In this document: positions 1-9,904 of the stretch, piece after piece | How positions within the stretch are numbered: position 1 is the stretch's first letter | Layout: each line of letters begins with the position of its first letter | Origin: Myxococcales bacterium | GTDB lineage: Bacteria; Myxococcota_A; UBA9042; JABWCM01; BTVJ01 | DNA length: 64,000 nt | Direction: 5' to 3' | NCBI GenBank assembly: GCA_045863395.1 | Contig: BTVJ01000009.1 | Location: 64,001-128,000 of the forward strand | Program-made: the position numbers and the translations under genes | Notes under the pieces: model-generated | The model's database searches: none | Seen by the model: only the letters and a program-made list of their open reading frames with translations | Told to the model about the DNA's origin: nothing

Positions 1-35
1 CCCACCCTACCCTCGCCACCAACCAGGAGGCTCCC

Positions 36-1145
36 ATGGACGTCCGCGCAGCAGTCGCCTTCGAGGCAGGCAAGCCACTGAGCATCGAGACGGTGCAGCT
101 CGAGGGCCCGCGTGAGGGCGAGGTCCTCGTAGAGATGAAGGCCACGGGCGTCTGCCATACGGACGCATATACCCTGTCCGGCGACGACCCCGAGGGCTTG
201 TTCCCCGCCATCCTGGGGCACGAGGGCGCCGGCGTGGTCGTCGAGGTGGGGCCCGGCGTGCGGACCCTGAAGCGGGGCGACCACGTCATCCCGCTCTACG
301 TGCCCGAGTGCCGCGAGTGCGAGTACTGCCTGAACCCCAAGACGAACCTGTGCCAGGCGATCCGGGCGACCCAGGGCCGGGGCCTCATGGCGGACGGGTC
401 GAGCCGGTTCTCGTTCCAGGGCAAGCCGCTGCTGCACTACATGGGCTGCTCCACGTTCGCCAGCCACACGGTGGTGCCCGAGATTGCCCTCGCCCGCATC
501 CGCGAGGACGCGCCCTTCGACAAGGCGTGCACCATCGGCTGCGGCGTGACGACGGGGCTCGGCGCGGTGATCAACACGGCGAAGGTGGAGCCGGGCGCGC
601 GGGTGGTCGTGTTCGGGCTCGGCGGCATCGGGCTGAATGTCATCCAGGCCGCGCGCATGGTGGGCGCGCGCCAGATCGTCGGTGTGGACCTGAACCCCGG
701 AAAGCAGGCGATGGCGCGGGCGTTCGGAATGACCGACTTCGTGAACCCGCGCGAGGTGAAGGGCGACCTGGTCGGGCACCTGGTGGAGCTGACCGGTGGG
801 GGCGCGGACTACTCCTTCGAGTGCATCGGCAGCACGGCGACCATGCGCCAGGCCCTCGAGTGCTGCCACAAGGGCTGGGGGGTCTCGGTGATCATCGGGG
901 TGGCGGGGGCGGGGCAGGAGATCTCCACCCGCCCGTTCCAGCTCGTCACGGGGCGCACCTGGAAGGGCACGGCCTTCGGTGGCGCGCGGGGGCGCACGGA
1001 CGTGCCGCGCATCGTCGACTGGTACATGGAGGGGCGCATCGACATCGACTCGCTGGTCACGCACACGATGCCGCTCGAGCGCATCAACGAGGCCTTCACC
1101 TTGATGCACGAGGGCACGTCCATCCGCAGCGTGGTGGTGTTCTGA
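36..1145 (+). CDS. frmA: S-(hydroxymethyl)glutathione dehydrogenase / class III alcohol dehydrogenase
   Basis: GVCHTD and GHEGAG Zn motifs, structural Zn CRECEYC...[11 protein letters not shown] Rossmann motif, [12 protein letters not shown] signature; AGGAGG RBS upstream. Confidence 0.95.
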   Translation: MDVRAAVAFEAGKPLSIETVQLEGPREGEVLVEMKATGVCHTDAYTLSGDDPEGLFPAILGHEGAGVVVEVGPGVRTLKRGDHVIPLYVPECRECEYCLNPKTNLCQAIRATQGRGLMADGSSRFSFQGKPLLHYMGCSTFASHTVVPEIALARIREDAPFDKACTIGCGVTTGLGAVINTAKVEPGARVVVFGLGGIGLNVIQAARMVGARQIVGVDLNPGKQAMARAFGMTDFVNPREVKGDLVGHLVELTGGGADYSFECIGSTATMRQALECCHKGWGVSVIIGVAGAGQEISTRPFQLVTGRTWKGTAFGGARGRTDVPRIVDWYMEGRIDIDSLVTHTMPLERINEAFTLMHEGTSIRSVVVF

Positions 1146-1205
1146 GGGTCGCGGTGTCATCGGTTCGACCAACTGCCGCGCCGCGACGGCGCTCGTGAGG
1201 GACGG

Positions 1206-1985
1206 ATGAGACGAATCGTAGTGGTGGCGCTCCTGGCCGCCATGATCCCGGCGGGAGCGAGGGCAGAGGTGAAGACGAGGACGGTGGAGTACGAGCACGA
1301 CGGGGTCACGCTCGAGGGCCTCGTCGCGTGGGACGACGCGAGGCAGGGCAAGCGGCCCGGGGTGCTCATCGTTCACGACTGGATGGGCGTCGGCCCGTTC
1401 GTCGCGGAGCAGGCCGAGCGGCTTGCGCGAGACGGCTACGTCGCGTTCGCCGCCGACATCTACGGCAAGGGAGTGCGCCCCAAAGACACGAAGGAGGCCG
1501 CGGCGCAGGCGGGCAAGTACCGCGGTGACCGGGCGCTGCTGCGGGCGCGCGCCGCCGCGGGGTTGGCGGAGCTCCGCAAGAGCGAGCTCACGGGCAGCAA
1601 GGTGGCGGCCATCGGCTACTGCTTCGGCGGCGGCACGGTGCTGGAGCTGGCCCGGAGCGGCGCGGACGTGGCGGGCGTCGTCAGCTTCCACGGCAACCTC
1701 GACACCCCGAACGCAGCGGATGCCAAGAGCATCACGGGGAAGGTGCTGGTGCTGCACGGCGCGGACGACCCCTACGTGCCCGCCGATCAGGTCGCGGCCT
1801 TCGAGAAGGAGATGCGCGACGCGAAGGTGGACTGGCAGATGGTCCACTTCGGGGGCGCCGTGCACTCGTTCACGAACCCGCGGGCGGGCGACGACCCCTC
1901 GAAGGGCGCGGCGTATGACGAACGTGCGGCCCGGCGTGCCTGGGCGCACATGCAGCAGCTCTTCGCGGAGCTGTTCCCGCGGTAG
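1206..1985 (+). CDS. Dienelactone hydrolase family protein with N-terminal signal peptide
   Basis: IGYCFGG nucleophile motif, SFHG, HGADDP, AVHSFT; hydrophobic N-terminus ending ARA-E. Confidence 0.9.
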   Translation: MRRIVVVALLAAMIPAGARAEVKTRTVEYEHDGVTLEGLVAWDDARQGKRPGVLIVHDWMGVGPFVAEQAERLARDGYVAFAADIYGKGVRPKDTKEAAAQAGKYRGDRALLRARAAAGLAELRKSELTGSKVAAIGYCFGGGTVLELARSGADVAGVVSFHGNLDTPNAADAKSITGKVLVLHGADDPYVPADQVAAFEKEMRDAKVDWQMVHFGGAVHSFTNPRAGDDPSKGAAYDERAARRAWAHMQQLFAELFPR

Positions 1986-2097
1986 CGGCGCGGGGGGCGC
2001 TGAGGCACTGGGAGTTCGGCACCGGGGCGGCTGACCACGAAGTGCTCACGCCCGCGCGCCGACGGCGAACGCGCTCGCTGGTCGACGGTTCCGCGTC

Positions 2098-2580
2098 TCA
2101 GGCTGTCACGCCGTCGAGGAATGACGCAAAAGCCTCCAGGTCGTCACGGAGCGCCGGCCAGGCCGCTTCGGCTGCATCGAGGACCTCGACGATTCGATCC
2201 GGGTCCCAGCTCACAGCGTAGGCGTGGCGCACGAAGTGGCGGAAGCGCAGCAGGCCGGCGAGTGACTGCGCCGTCTCGACGCGCAGCACGGGCGGGCGCA
2301 GGCCCGGCAGATCGAGGGCCATGTCGGACAGAAGCGCCTGGTGGCTGTCGCGTCCGGCAGGTAGCGATCCCTCCAGGGTGCGGCAGACGCGCTCGAAGGC
2401 AGACTCCAGCGCCGTATACGCGCGGTGCAGAGTGATCGCCGCGTAGCCGAGCACGACCGGATCCCCCGTAGCCATGACGGCCCTGCGAGAGGACAGGTCG
2501 TCGAGCAGCGACCGGAAGGTCGCCACGTCGCGGCCGACCTCGACGCGCAAGCGCAGCAGGGCGGCGCGGTCAGTCGACAT
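2098..2580 (-). CDS. HEPN-domain (HepT/DUF86-like) ribonuclease toxin
   Basis: RHFVRHAY = RX4HXY motif; 160 aa; overlaps the upstream MNT gene by 11 nt. Confidence 0.85.
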   Translation of the reverse strand: MSTDRAALLRLRVEVGRDVATFRSLLDDLSSRRAVMATGDPVVLGYAAITLHRAYTALESAFERVCRTLEGSLPAGRDSHQALLSDMALDLPGLRPPVLRVETAQSLAGLLRFRHFVRHAYAVSWDPDRIVEVLDAAEAAWPALRDDLEAFASFLDGVTA

Positions 2581-2932
2581 CCTGGCCCTCCGCGGCGATC
2601 AGGTCGCGGAGACTTGCCGGGGCGCGGTCCAACTCCACCAGGTCCACGTCCGCGTCGAGCAGCGCGGCCAGGCTCGCGACTGCCTCGAAGTACCGGCCGG
2701 GAGCGACGTGATCGACATAGAGATCCACGTCCGAGCCCTCGGCGAACCGCCCGCGCGCGAGCGACCCGAACACGCCGACGCGGGTCGCGCCGAAGCGTGC
2801 CCGCAGCAGGGCGGCCGCCTCGGGCAGCCGCGCGCACAGCGCCGAGGCCCGACGCGCCAGGGCGTCCCGGCGCTCCTCCTCCCTCTGGCGGTAGATGGCT
2901 GCATAACGGGCGATGGTCTCTCGGGCCTCCAT
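2570..2932 (-). CDS. Minimal nucleotidyltransferase (MNT) antitoxin
   Basis: FGSLARGRFAEGSDVDL = GSX10DXD motif plus VDLV; start chosen at ATG 2932 (MEARET...). Confidence 0.85.
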   Translation of the reverse strand: MEARETIARYAAIYRQREEERRDALARRASALCARLPEAAALLRARFGATRVGVFGSLARGRFAEGSDVDLYVDHVAPGRYFEAVASLAALLDADVDLVELDRAPASLRDLIAAEGQDVD

Positions 2933-3629
2933 GGCATCACCATACCCAGCGCGCAGGCGAACGGTCAACCGGCCGAGCACCCGTGACTCCTCTCGTGAGA
3001 CGAGCATCCGCCTCACACGTGCAGCATCTCGCCCTCGACCCCTTGGGCCGCCCCGGGCTGGATCGACTCCTGCCGGACGCTCCCCCGATGGGAGCTGGAG
3101 GCGCAACCCCAGCCCAGTCGAAGCCACCGGTTGTCACGGCAGACCACCTGCCGGGCTTCGGCACGCTCCGCTACAAGCTGCGCCGGCGAGCCGTCCAAGG
3201 TCACAGAGCGCCCGCGTCGCCGTCGCTCACCCGGGAGTGCGACCTGGTCGCCGAGGCGCTCCTGCTTCAGCAAGCCGCGGGCGAACGGGGACATGACCTG
3301 GTCGCCGTCTCTGCGTTCGTCACGCGCGCCGGCACCCGCTCCGACGTGCTCGCCCGCGACCGTAGAGCCCCCGGTCTGCTCTGCACCCCCGTGAGTGGCC
3401 CCTCGTTCCGCCTCGACCGCACCTGCATCGACCCATTGAAGGTCGTCCGCGGTGCGCCGCTGGTGATCCCGGCATGGGATGACGCGCGCGGGCGCTCGAT
3501 CCTCGCCCGCTGCACGAGCGTCGTAGAGACCGTGGAGCTGCGCTGAGTCCCGCGAGATTCGTCGGGCCGTGTCCTGTCTTCGCCCCAGGTGAAGGGTCTC
3601 CGTCATCGCCCGACCAGGACGGCGCTCGA

Positions 3630-5150
3630 TCACGCGGCAGGGCGACGTGGGACTCCCAGGAGTGCGGAGACCACGGCTTCCGGCAGCTTTCGGCGGTTCT
3701 GGAGCTGCCGGACGGCGAGCTCCCAGCCGACACCGAAGGTTTCGCAGAGGCCGGCCACCTCCGACGCGGCCTCATCGAGGCGGGTCCAGTAGTGTGAGAT
3801 CGCACGAGGGAGCGCAGTCTCCGGCAACAGCAGCTCCGCGGCGAACGCGTTGGCGACCCGCTCGGTCGGCGCCGGTGACCAGTCGCTCGTGCACTCGCCG
3901 AACATCCTGCGGTCGCTCGCATCGTAGAGCAGGTGGTAGAGTTCGTGCGCGAGCATGGCCCTCCGTCCCCAGGGGGTGGCTGTGCGAGGGCTGGCCCGGT
4001 TGGCGGCCACTACGCAGCCGCCCCCAGGATGCCAGAGGGCCACGCCGTCTGTACCCCGATCATCGAAGGTCACGTCGCACACCTCGCAGCCGAGCGTCCG
4101 CAACAGCGCCTCGATGTCCAGGCGCCCGGTCGGCCTCTTTCGGCATCGTCTCACATCGCCCGCCCGACAGTACCCGAGCGCTGAATCTCCGAGGAACGAG
4201 TCTACGCTGTCGGCCTTCAGGCGAGCGCGGAGCTTGGTCAGGCCGACCGCAGGAGAAGCCCCGCGGAGTCTCTTGCCGAGTTCAACCAGTGCTCGGTGGT
4301 CTGTCTCGGACCAGGTCGGGTTCGAAGATCGCGCAGCCATCGCGAGAGGGGAGTCCTCCCGATGGTCCGCGGTGCAACCGTCCAGCAGATAGTCCTGCAA
4401 CAGGTCCGTCGTGCTGCTGTTTCCCTCTGAACGGAGGGCGTTGACCACGGACGTCACAGACCGGCCAATCCTCGGGGCCAGCGCCTCGGGGCGCGAGGTC
4501 CATGGTGCTTCCATGGCGTCCGCCAGTTTCTCGATCACGATCCGCGACTCGGCGGACGGGCGCGCGCCGGCGATCCTGGAGGCGACCCTGCGGACGAAGT
4601 CCCTCATGGGACCGGCCACCGCTGATACGGGGAGGCGTGCCGTAGCGTGAGCGATGAATTGGAGGCCGAGTCCGGGGCGAGGTCGCTCATCGGGTCTCAC
4701 GCTGACGACCATGTGCTCGTCGCGTCACCAGAATATGGCATTGGGCAGAGCAATACCGTCGCCAACCGACAACAAGGACCGGCAGGAGAGCCACGCTTCG
4801 ATCTGCTCTTCGTGGTGGTCCCACTCGTCGTTGGAGAGACTCGCGAGCAAGGCGTGGGCATCCCGTGCCTCGCCAGCCCTGAGAGCCCCCTCCGACCAGC
4901 TCATCCGGTCCAGGCTTCGGGCCATCCAGATAGCCAACGAGGAGGCCGGCAGAAGCACACTATCGTGGATGTTGCCGTGCGAGGAGACGTGGCGCGTGAT
5001 GATCGAACTCTCTCACACGAGCGTGACGCTGGCCCAGGTGATGCGCTGCCCGTCGTCGGCAAGATCGGGACAGTCCTCCCACTCCCAGAGGATTGCGAAG
5101 TGCTCTTGGTCGCCCACCATCATCATGGCTTCGCACCGTGACGCGCTCAC
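3630..5150 (-). pseudogene. ImmA/IrrE-family Zn metallopeptidase with long N-terminal domain, interrupted by two in-frame TGA codons (5013-5015 and 4725-4727)
   Basis: AHELYH HExxH and ERVANAFAAELLLP in 3630..4712; ORFs 4725..4958 and 5016..5150 lie in the same frame; GTG at 5150 overlaps the upstream stop (GTGA). Confidence 0.7.
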
Positions 5151-5566
5151 CTGGCGCGCTTGAGTCGGAGGGCGACCTCCTCATCGATCATCCCTGCGCT
5201 CTGCATCGCGTCGGCCACGGACCTGGGCACGTCGCCATCGTGAACCGGATAGCCCTTGTAGGTGTACGAAGCGGTGGCGATGTGGGGGCGCTCGGTCCGC
5301 TGCGCCGTGTAGAACTGCTGGCGCCCTGGCTCCCACCAATAGACATGGGGCGGATGGTCGGGGTGTGCCTCCTGATCGTCTGCGCTCCGCTCCACCCAGC
5401 ACGCGGTGCACGCAAGCGCCTGATGGAGCCATCGTGCCGGTTCGTCCGCGGCGATGTCCACGGGGCATGGGGTGAGCGCCGGCACCCGCTTTCGCCACTG
5501 CGCCGGTCCCCACGGACCCGGGTGCTGTTTGTGCTCGGAGCTGGGTCGATACACCGCTGGCGCCAT
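5147..5566 (-). CDS. Small hypothetical protein, toxin-like (YRPSSEHK...CP...YKGYP), coupled to the ImmA/IrrE frame
   Basis: 139 aa from ATG 5566 with GAGGGG RBS; 4-nt GTGA overlap with the next frame; toxin role is inference. Confidence 0.6.
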   Translation of the reverse strand: MAPAVYRPSSEHKQHPGPWGPAQWRKRVPALTPCPVDIAADEPARWLHQALACTACWVERSADDQEAHPDHPPHVYWWEPGRQQFYTAQRTERPHIATASYTYKGYPVHDGDVPRSVADAMQSAGMIDEEVALRLKRAR

Positions 5567-5717
5567 CGTGCCCCTCGTGCAGCCAGGCGCGATCATGCCG
5601 GGCCGGACGCACGACCATACCGCAAGGCACCCAGGCGGGGCAATCGCCTCGCAAGGAGACGACGGGGGGCCTGCGCTGCGCCGACTCGGCAGGCTCCGCC
5701 CGCGCACCGCTGCTCCG

Positions 5718-5867
5718 CGGATACCGCTCGTCGAGGGTGCGCCACAGCTCATCGAAGTCCTGCGCTGCGGTCACCTTTCGCGGCGGCTCGGAGCACGCTC
5801 ATGACCTGAGCGCCAGTGGTGTCGCGAGCACAGCGGCGCGGAAGGTGCGGCGTGTCGTGCTGCTGAC
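5718..5867 (-). pseudogene. Possible N-terminal remnant of a Tat-exported protein (S41 peptidase-like)
   Basis: Frame reads VSSTTRRTFRAAVLATPLALRS*ACSEPPRKVTAAQDFDELWRTLDERYP, with in-frame TGA at 5799-5801, then loses protein-like character. Confidence 0.35.
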
Positions 5868-5974
5868 GGGGCGACCCTGTCTGGGTTCAAGCGCTACGTC
5901 GACGTGCGCCCTCCCATCCCTTGACCCGGGGAGCGCTCCGGCCCACAGTGGGGCGAACGCAGGAGGTTCCATCC

Positions 5975-8900
5975 ATGGTGGCGAGCATTGGGCGAAGGAT
6001 CGGTGTTGCTGTCCTCCTGCTGGCCCAGGCGGTCGCAGGCTCCTCCTGCGGCCCCAGCGATGACGCGGGCCGGGGCGCGGGGGCCGGCGCGGACGGAGGG
6101 GGCGACGCAAGCGACGGTGCGCTGTCCGACGCGAGCGGAGGTCCCGCGGTGGACGGGGTCTCCAGCGGAAGCGACTCCGGCGCGGGCGGCGCGGACGGCG
6201 GCGGCGCGGACGCAAGCGCGGGCACGGTCACCCCTCCCGCTGGCCTGGCTCGGCGTGTAGCCGCCATCGCCGCCGCGCACCCGACGGCCCGCCTGCGGTT
6301 CAGCCAGCGCTCCGGGACCCTGGTGTCCGTCGTGACGGAGCCCCCCGTGGTTCCGGAGACCCTCGCGCCCCTCGACGAGCCCCTCCCGCCGCTCCAGGCG
6401 ACGCTCGGCACGTCGCGGGCCGCCATGGCGAGCGCGGTGCTCGCCTTCCTGCGCGACAACGCGGGCGCGTGGGCGGGCGGCGAGGACGGCGCGCTGCGGT
6501 ACGCCTTTGCCCCCGACGCGCCGGAGACCAACATCAGGCTGCCCGTCGACGCGGCCAACCCGGACCTGGAGGGCTACGACCTGGCCGTGGACGACGACGG
6601 CCTCCGCTCGGTGCGCCTGGTCCAGACCTTCGAGGGCCGCCGGGTCCTCGACCGCTACGCCATCGGATGGCACGACGCGGAGGGCAACCTCCTCGGCCTG
6701 CTGACCCGCCTCTATCCGCTGCCCGAGGGGGGGACGGGCGCCCACGTCCTCGACGAGGCCGCCGCCCTGGCTGCCGTCGCGGCGGCGGACACCCTCGCGG
6801 CCCACGACGAGCGGCTCACGTGGGTCGCCGGCGCCCTGGAAGAGCCCGAGGTCGAGCAAGTCGCCGAGGCGGTCTGGGAGCCCGAGGCGCCCCACGCGCC
6901 CGACAGCCCGCTCATAGCCGTCTGGCAGGTACACGTGCGTTTGTTTGGGCGCGTGGCGCTCATCCGCCTCGATGCCGCAAGCGGCGCGGTCCGGCGCGCC
7001 ATGGACGTCTCGCCCTCGGACTGGGCCTCGGACGGCACCGCCGCGACGGTCGAGGCCGTAGACGAGATCGGCGCGCTTCACACCATCGCCTCCACGCTCC
7101 ACGAGGGCCGCTACACCATGGGCGTCAACGCGGCGTGGAAGGGCGGCGCCCCGCACTCACCGTTCGTCTCGCCGCGCTTCCTCGCCATCACCGACTCCCA
7201 GGAGGTGCCGAGCCGCGACCCAGCGATCATCACCGCCGACCCGCTCGACATCCCCGCGACAATCCTCGATGCGCCCAACACCTGGGCCATCGACCCGGTG
7301 TTTGCGGCCGGCGGCGCCCGCGAGGCGACCTCGCTCCTGCGGCACTTGGTGTTCGCGCTCGACTGGTGGGCGGCGGAGCCGCGCTCGTGGCGCGGCTGGG
7401 ACGGGCGCGGCGGCACCCTCTGGGCCGCGGTCAACGCGAACTTCAATGACCCGCACCCCGTCACGGGACTCCGCCCGCCGGACGTCAACGCCTACGGCGC
7501 CGGCGGCGGGATCTACATCGGAGACGGCAAGGACCCGGCCGGCAAGACCACCGCCTACTCCCGGGAGATTGTCGGGCACGAGCTCCTGCACAACGTGGTC
7601 GAGGCGATGGTCGGCCTCGCGTATCACGACGAGCCGGGCGCTCTGAACGAGGCCCTCGCCGACTTCTACGGCCAGGCGCTGACGGTCGCCGGCAACGACT
7701 TCGCCGACGATCTCATGGGAAATGACGACTACAGCTTCGGGCGAGACACGGTCAACCCGGGCGCTTCGGGACGCCCCGACCGGTACGCGAAGTATGTCCT
7801 GAAATCGGGGGACAGCGGCGGGGTGCATACGAACAGCGGCATCGTCAGCAAAGCCCTCGGCCTCCTGGTGCGAGACCAGCCGGCCTTCAACGGCGTCGAT
7901 GTCGCGCACAAGGGGTTCCTGGCGACGGAGGAGCTCGTGCGTAATGCCTGCCGCATGCGCGCCTTCGACTCCGAGACGGACCTCGAGGGCTTCGCCGTGG
8001 CGGTGACGGGAATCTGTCACCTCAAGGCGGCGCTCAAGGCCATCGCGCTCGGCCCCGGCCACCCGGCGATCTCGGGGGGCACCTACGAGGACCTGTGCCG
8101 TCAGGTCGAGAGGGCGTTTCAGGCCACGGACCTGCTCCCCGGGTCCTTCGATGCGGATCTTGCCGTGGTCCGGACGAACCTTGCCTCGATCAACAACTCC
8201 GGGGCACCCAATGGGCTGAGCGTGACGGTGGAGAACGCGGGCGCCACCGACCCGATGAACCTCGCCGCCTTCCAGGTCGCCGCCACGGGCGAGGGAGGCG
8301 CGGCGATGGAGCTTCCAAGCCCCGTGGTCTGGCCGACGAGTCTGGCCTCCACCAAGACCGTTTCGCCCGGGTCGCAGGCGACATTTGCGTTCGAGTTCGC
8401 CACCGGGTTCCTCGGGGCGACTCCGCTCGTAGCCCCCGTCGACCTCTGGTTCACGGTGCTCCCCGTCTCGAACCCCAACGCCGACGTGGACGTCTCGAAC
8501 AACGCCCGGCCGCTCCGTGTGCAGTCGGACTATATGGTCGGCGCGGCCCGGTGGAAGCCGGGCGGCGCCCAGAAGGGCTACACCGCGCAGCTCCTGAATC
8601 TGACGAGAGTCGGCACACCGGCCGGGCTCACGGGCGTCTACCTCGAGCGGTCGACTGCGCACGGGCCGCTGGTCCCCGTGACGGGGGCTCCCAGCGCGGA
8701 GGTCACGCTCCCGGCAGACTCTTGGGGCGGTCCAAGTTTCCCGTCGATCCCGCTGACCGGGGACGGCTGGTCGGAGCCGCCCGCCCCGATCCTGCTCCCC
8801 GCGGCGACCCCCTACCCGGCCTACCCGTCGTGGACCCACGGCCGCCCAGGGGTCATCGACTTCGACTCCCAGGGAGGCCTCGCCATGCTGGAGGGCGTGC

Positions 8901-9715
8901 GCCAGATCTACCTCCTGACGGACGCGACGGACCTGGCCGAGGAGTCCGTCGAGTGGAACAACCTGCTGTGCGTCAACTGCGTCCGCGAGGGGCTCCGCGA
9001 TGACGCAGAGGCCGGCGTCCTCGTGAGGCTCGCGCCCAAGACGGACACCGACGCCCTGTTCCCCGAGCCCTACCGGGCAGCGGCCCGCCGCCTGCCACCG
9101 CTTCCTCCCGTCGTCCTCGACGAGGCGGCCATCGCCCATCCGCTCGTGAAGCTGCCGCTGCGCATGCCGCCCCCCCGTGCCCCGGGTGTTCCGGTGGATC
9201 CGCCCACGGGTCCGCCGACAGTCATGGAGATATCGCCAAGTGGCGGAGGCCCGACGACCGAGGTGACGCTCTTCGGAAAGAACCTGGGAGGCACGACCCA
9301 GGTCTGGGTGGACGACAAGGTGGGCAACACCTGGCCTGTCGCGGCCATCCTCGAGGTCACGAGCACCACCGTCCGGATCCTCATGGGCGACGAGCCGGAG
9401 TGCGGCTTCGTCGTCCTGGAGACCCCACTGGGCACCGCCGAGGCCCCCTGGCCGTGGATCCCGGCCCCGATCATCACGGGCTTCAGCCCCGAGTCTGGCA
9501 AGAAGGGTACGCAGGTGCTCGTCACCGGGCGCCACCTCTGCGACATCTTCGAAGTCACCGTCGGCGGCGGCGACGCGGCGACGGGCAGCACGCCGGTGAT
9601 GTACGACACGCTGGGAGTCACCATCACAAGCCAGTCGCTGACGGGCCTGATCGCGGCGAAGAATGGCGGTGGCACAGGCACGAGCAAGGGCACGTTCACG
9701 GTGCTGAAGCCCTGA
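5975..9715 (+). CDS. M4 (thermolysin-like) metallopeptidase, probable lipoprotein, with propeptide and C-terminal IPT/TIG-like domains
   Basis: GHELLH, GALNEALAD, DSGGVHTNSGI motifs; signal with Cys (AGSSC); AGGAGG RBS at 5961-5966; C-terminal P.I..FSP.SG..GT.V.VTG. Confidence 0.85.
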   Translation: MVASIGRRIGVAVLLLAQAVAGSSCGPSDDAGRGAGAGADGGGDASDGALSDASGGPAVDGVSSGSDSGAGGADGGGADASAGTVTPPAGLARRVAAIAAAHPTARLRFSQRSGTLVSVVTEPPVVPETLAPLDEPLPPLQATLGTSRAAMASAVLAFLRDNAGAWAGGEDGALRYAFAPDAPETNIRLPVDAANPDLEGYDLAVDDDGLRSVRLVQTFEGRRVLDRYAIGWHDAEGNLLGLLTRLYPLPEGGTGAHVLDEAAALAAVAAADTLAAHDERLTWVAGALEEPEVEQVAEAVWEPEAPHAPDSPLIAVWQVHVRLFGRVALIRLDAASGAVRRAMDVSPSDWASDGTAATVEAVDEIGALHTIASTLHEGRYTMGVNAAWKGGAPHSPFVSPRFLAITDSQEVPSRDPAIITADPLDIPATILDAPNTWAIDPVFAAGGAREATSLLRHLVFALDWWAAEPRSWRGWDGRGGTLWAAVNANFNDPHPVTGLRPPDVNAYGAGGGIYIGDGKDPAGKTTAYSREIVGHELLHNVVEAMVGLAYHDEPGALNEALADFYGQALTVAGNDFADDLMGNDDYSFGRDTVNPGASGRPDRYAKYVLKSGDSGGVHTNSGIVSKALGLLVRDQPAFNGVDVAHKGFLATEELVRNACRMRAFDSETDLEGFAVAVTGICHLKAALKAIALGPGHPAISGGTYEDLCRQVERAFQATDLLPGSFDADLAVVRTNLASINNSGAPNGLSVTVENAGATDPMNLAAFQVAATGEGGAAMELPSPVVWPTSLASTKTVSPGSQATFAFEFATGFLGATPLVAPVDLWFTVLPVSNPNADVDVSNNARPLRVQSDYMVGAARWKPGGAQKGYTAQLLNLTRVGTPAGLTGVYLERSTAHGPLVPVTGAPSAEVTLPADSWGGPSFPSIPLTGDGWSEPPAPILLPAATPYPAYPSWTHGRPGVIDFDSQGGLAMLEGVRQIYLLTDATDLAEESVEWNNLLCVNCVREGLRDDAEAGVLVRLAPKTDTDALFPEPYRAAARRLPPLPPVVLDEAAIAHPLVKLPLRMPPPRAPGVPVDPPTGPPTVMEISPSGGGPTTEVTLFGKNLGGTTQVWVDDKVGNTWPVAAILEVTSTTVRILMGDEPECGFVVLETPLGTAEAPWPWIPAPIITGFSPESGKKGTQVLVTGRHLCDIFEVTVGGGDAATGSTPVMYDTLGVTITSQSLTGLIAAKNGGGTGTSKGTFTVLKP

Positions 9716-9904
9716 GGGCCACGCCGCGACAGCCTGGGCCGAGCCCCGGTCAACACGCGGCGCCCGGGGAACGCGCCGAGAGAGCGGTGAGGAGCTCACC
9801 ACGGTCCCGGGAGCGCGAACGTGTACGGACTTGAGTGTGGGGTCGAGGCGGGCGGATCTGCCGAAGCGGGCGGCCCGCTCGGGCTCGACGTGGGGCACGA
9901 CCTG

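Noticed and set aside
3013..3633. Overlapping ORFs on both strands between the MNT gene and the ImmA/IrrE gene (3013..3633 minus; about 3019..3546 plus)
   Set aside because: Neither has a recognisable motif or clear RBS, and I could not decide which, if either, is real; possibly another gene remnant.
3630..5867. Alternative genetic code or selenocysteine explanation for three in-frame TGAs
   Set aside because: TGA ends many clearly bounded genes in this window, the positions are not redox-Cys-like, and no SECIS-like hairpin was identified.
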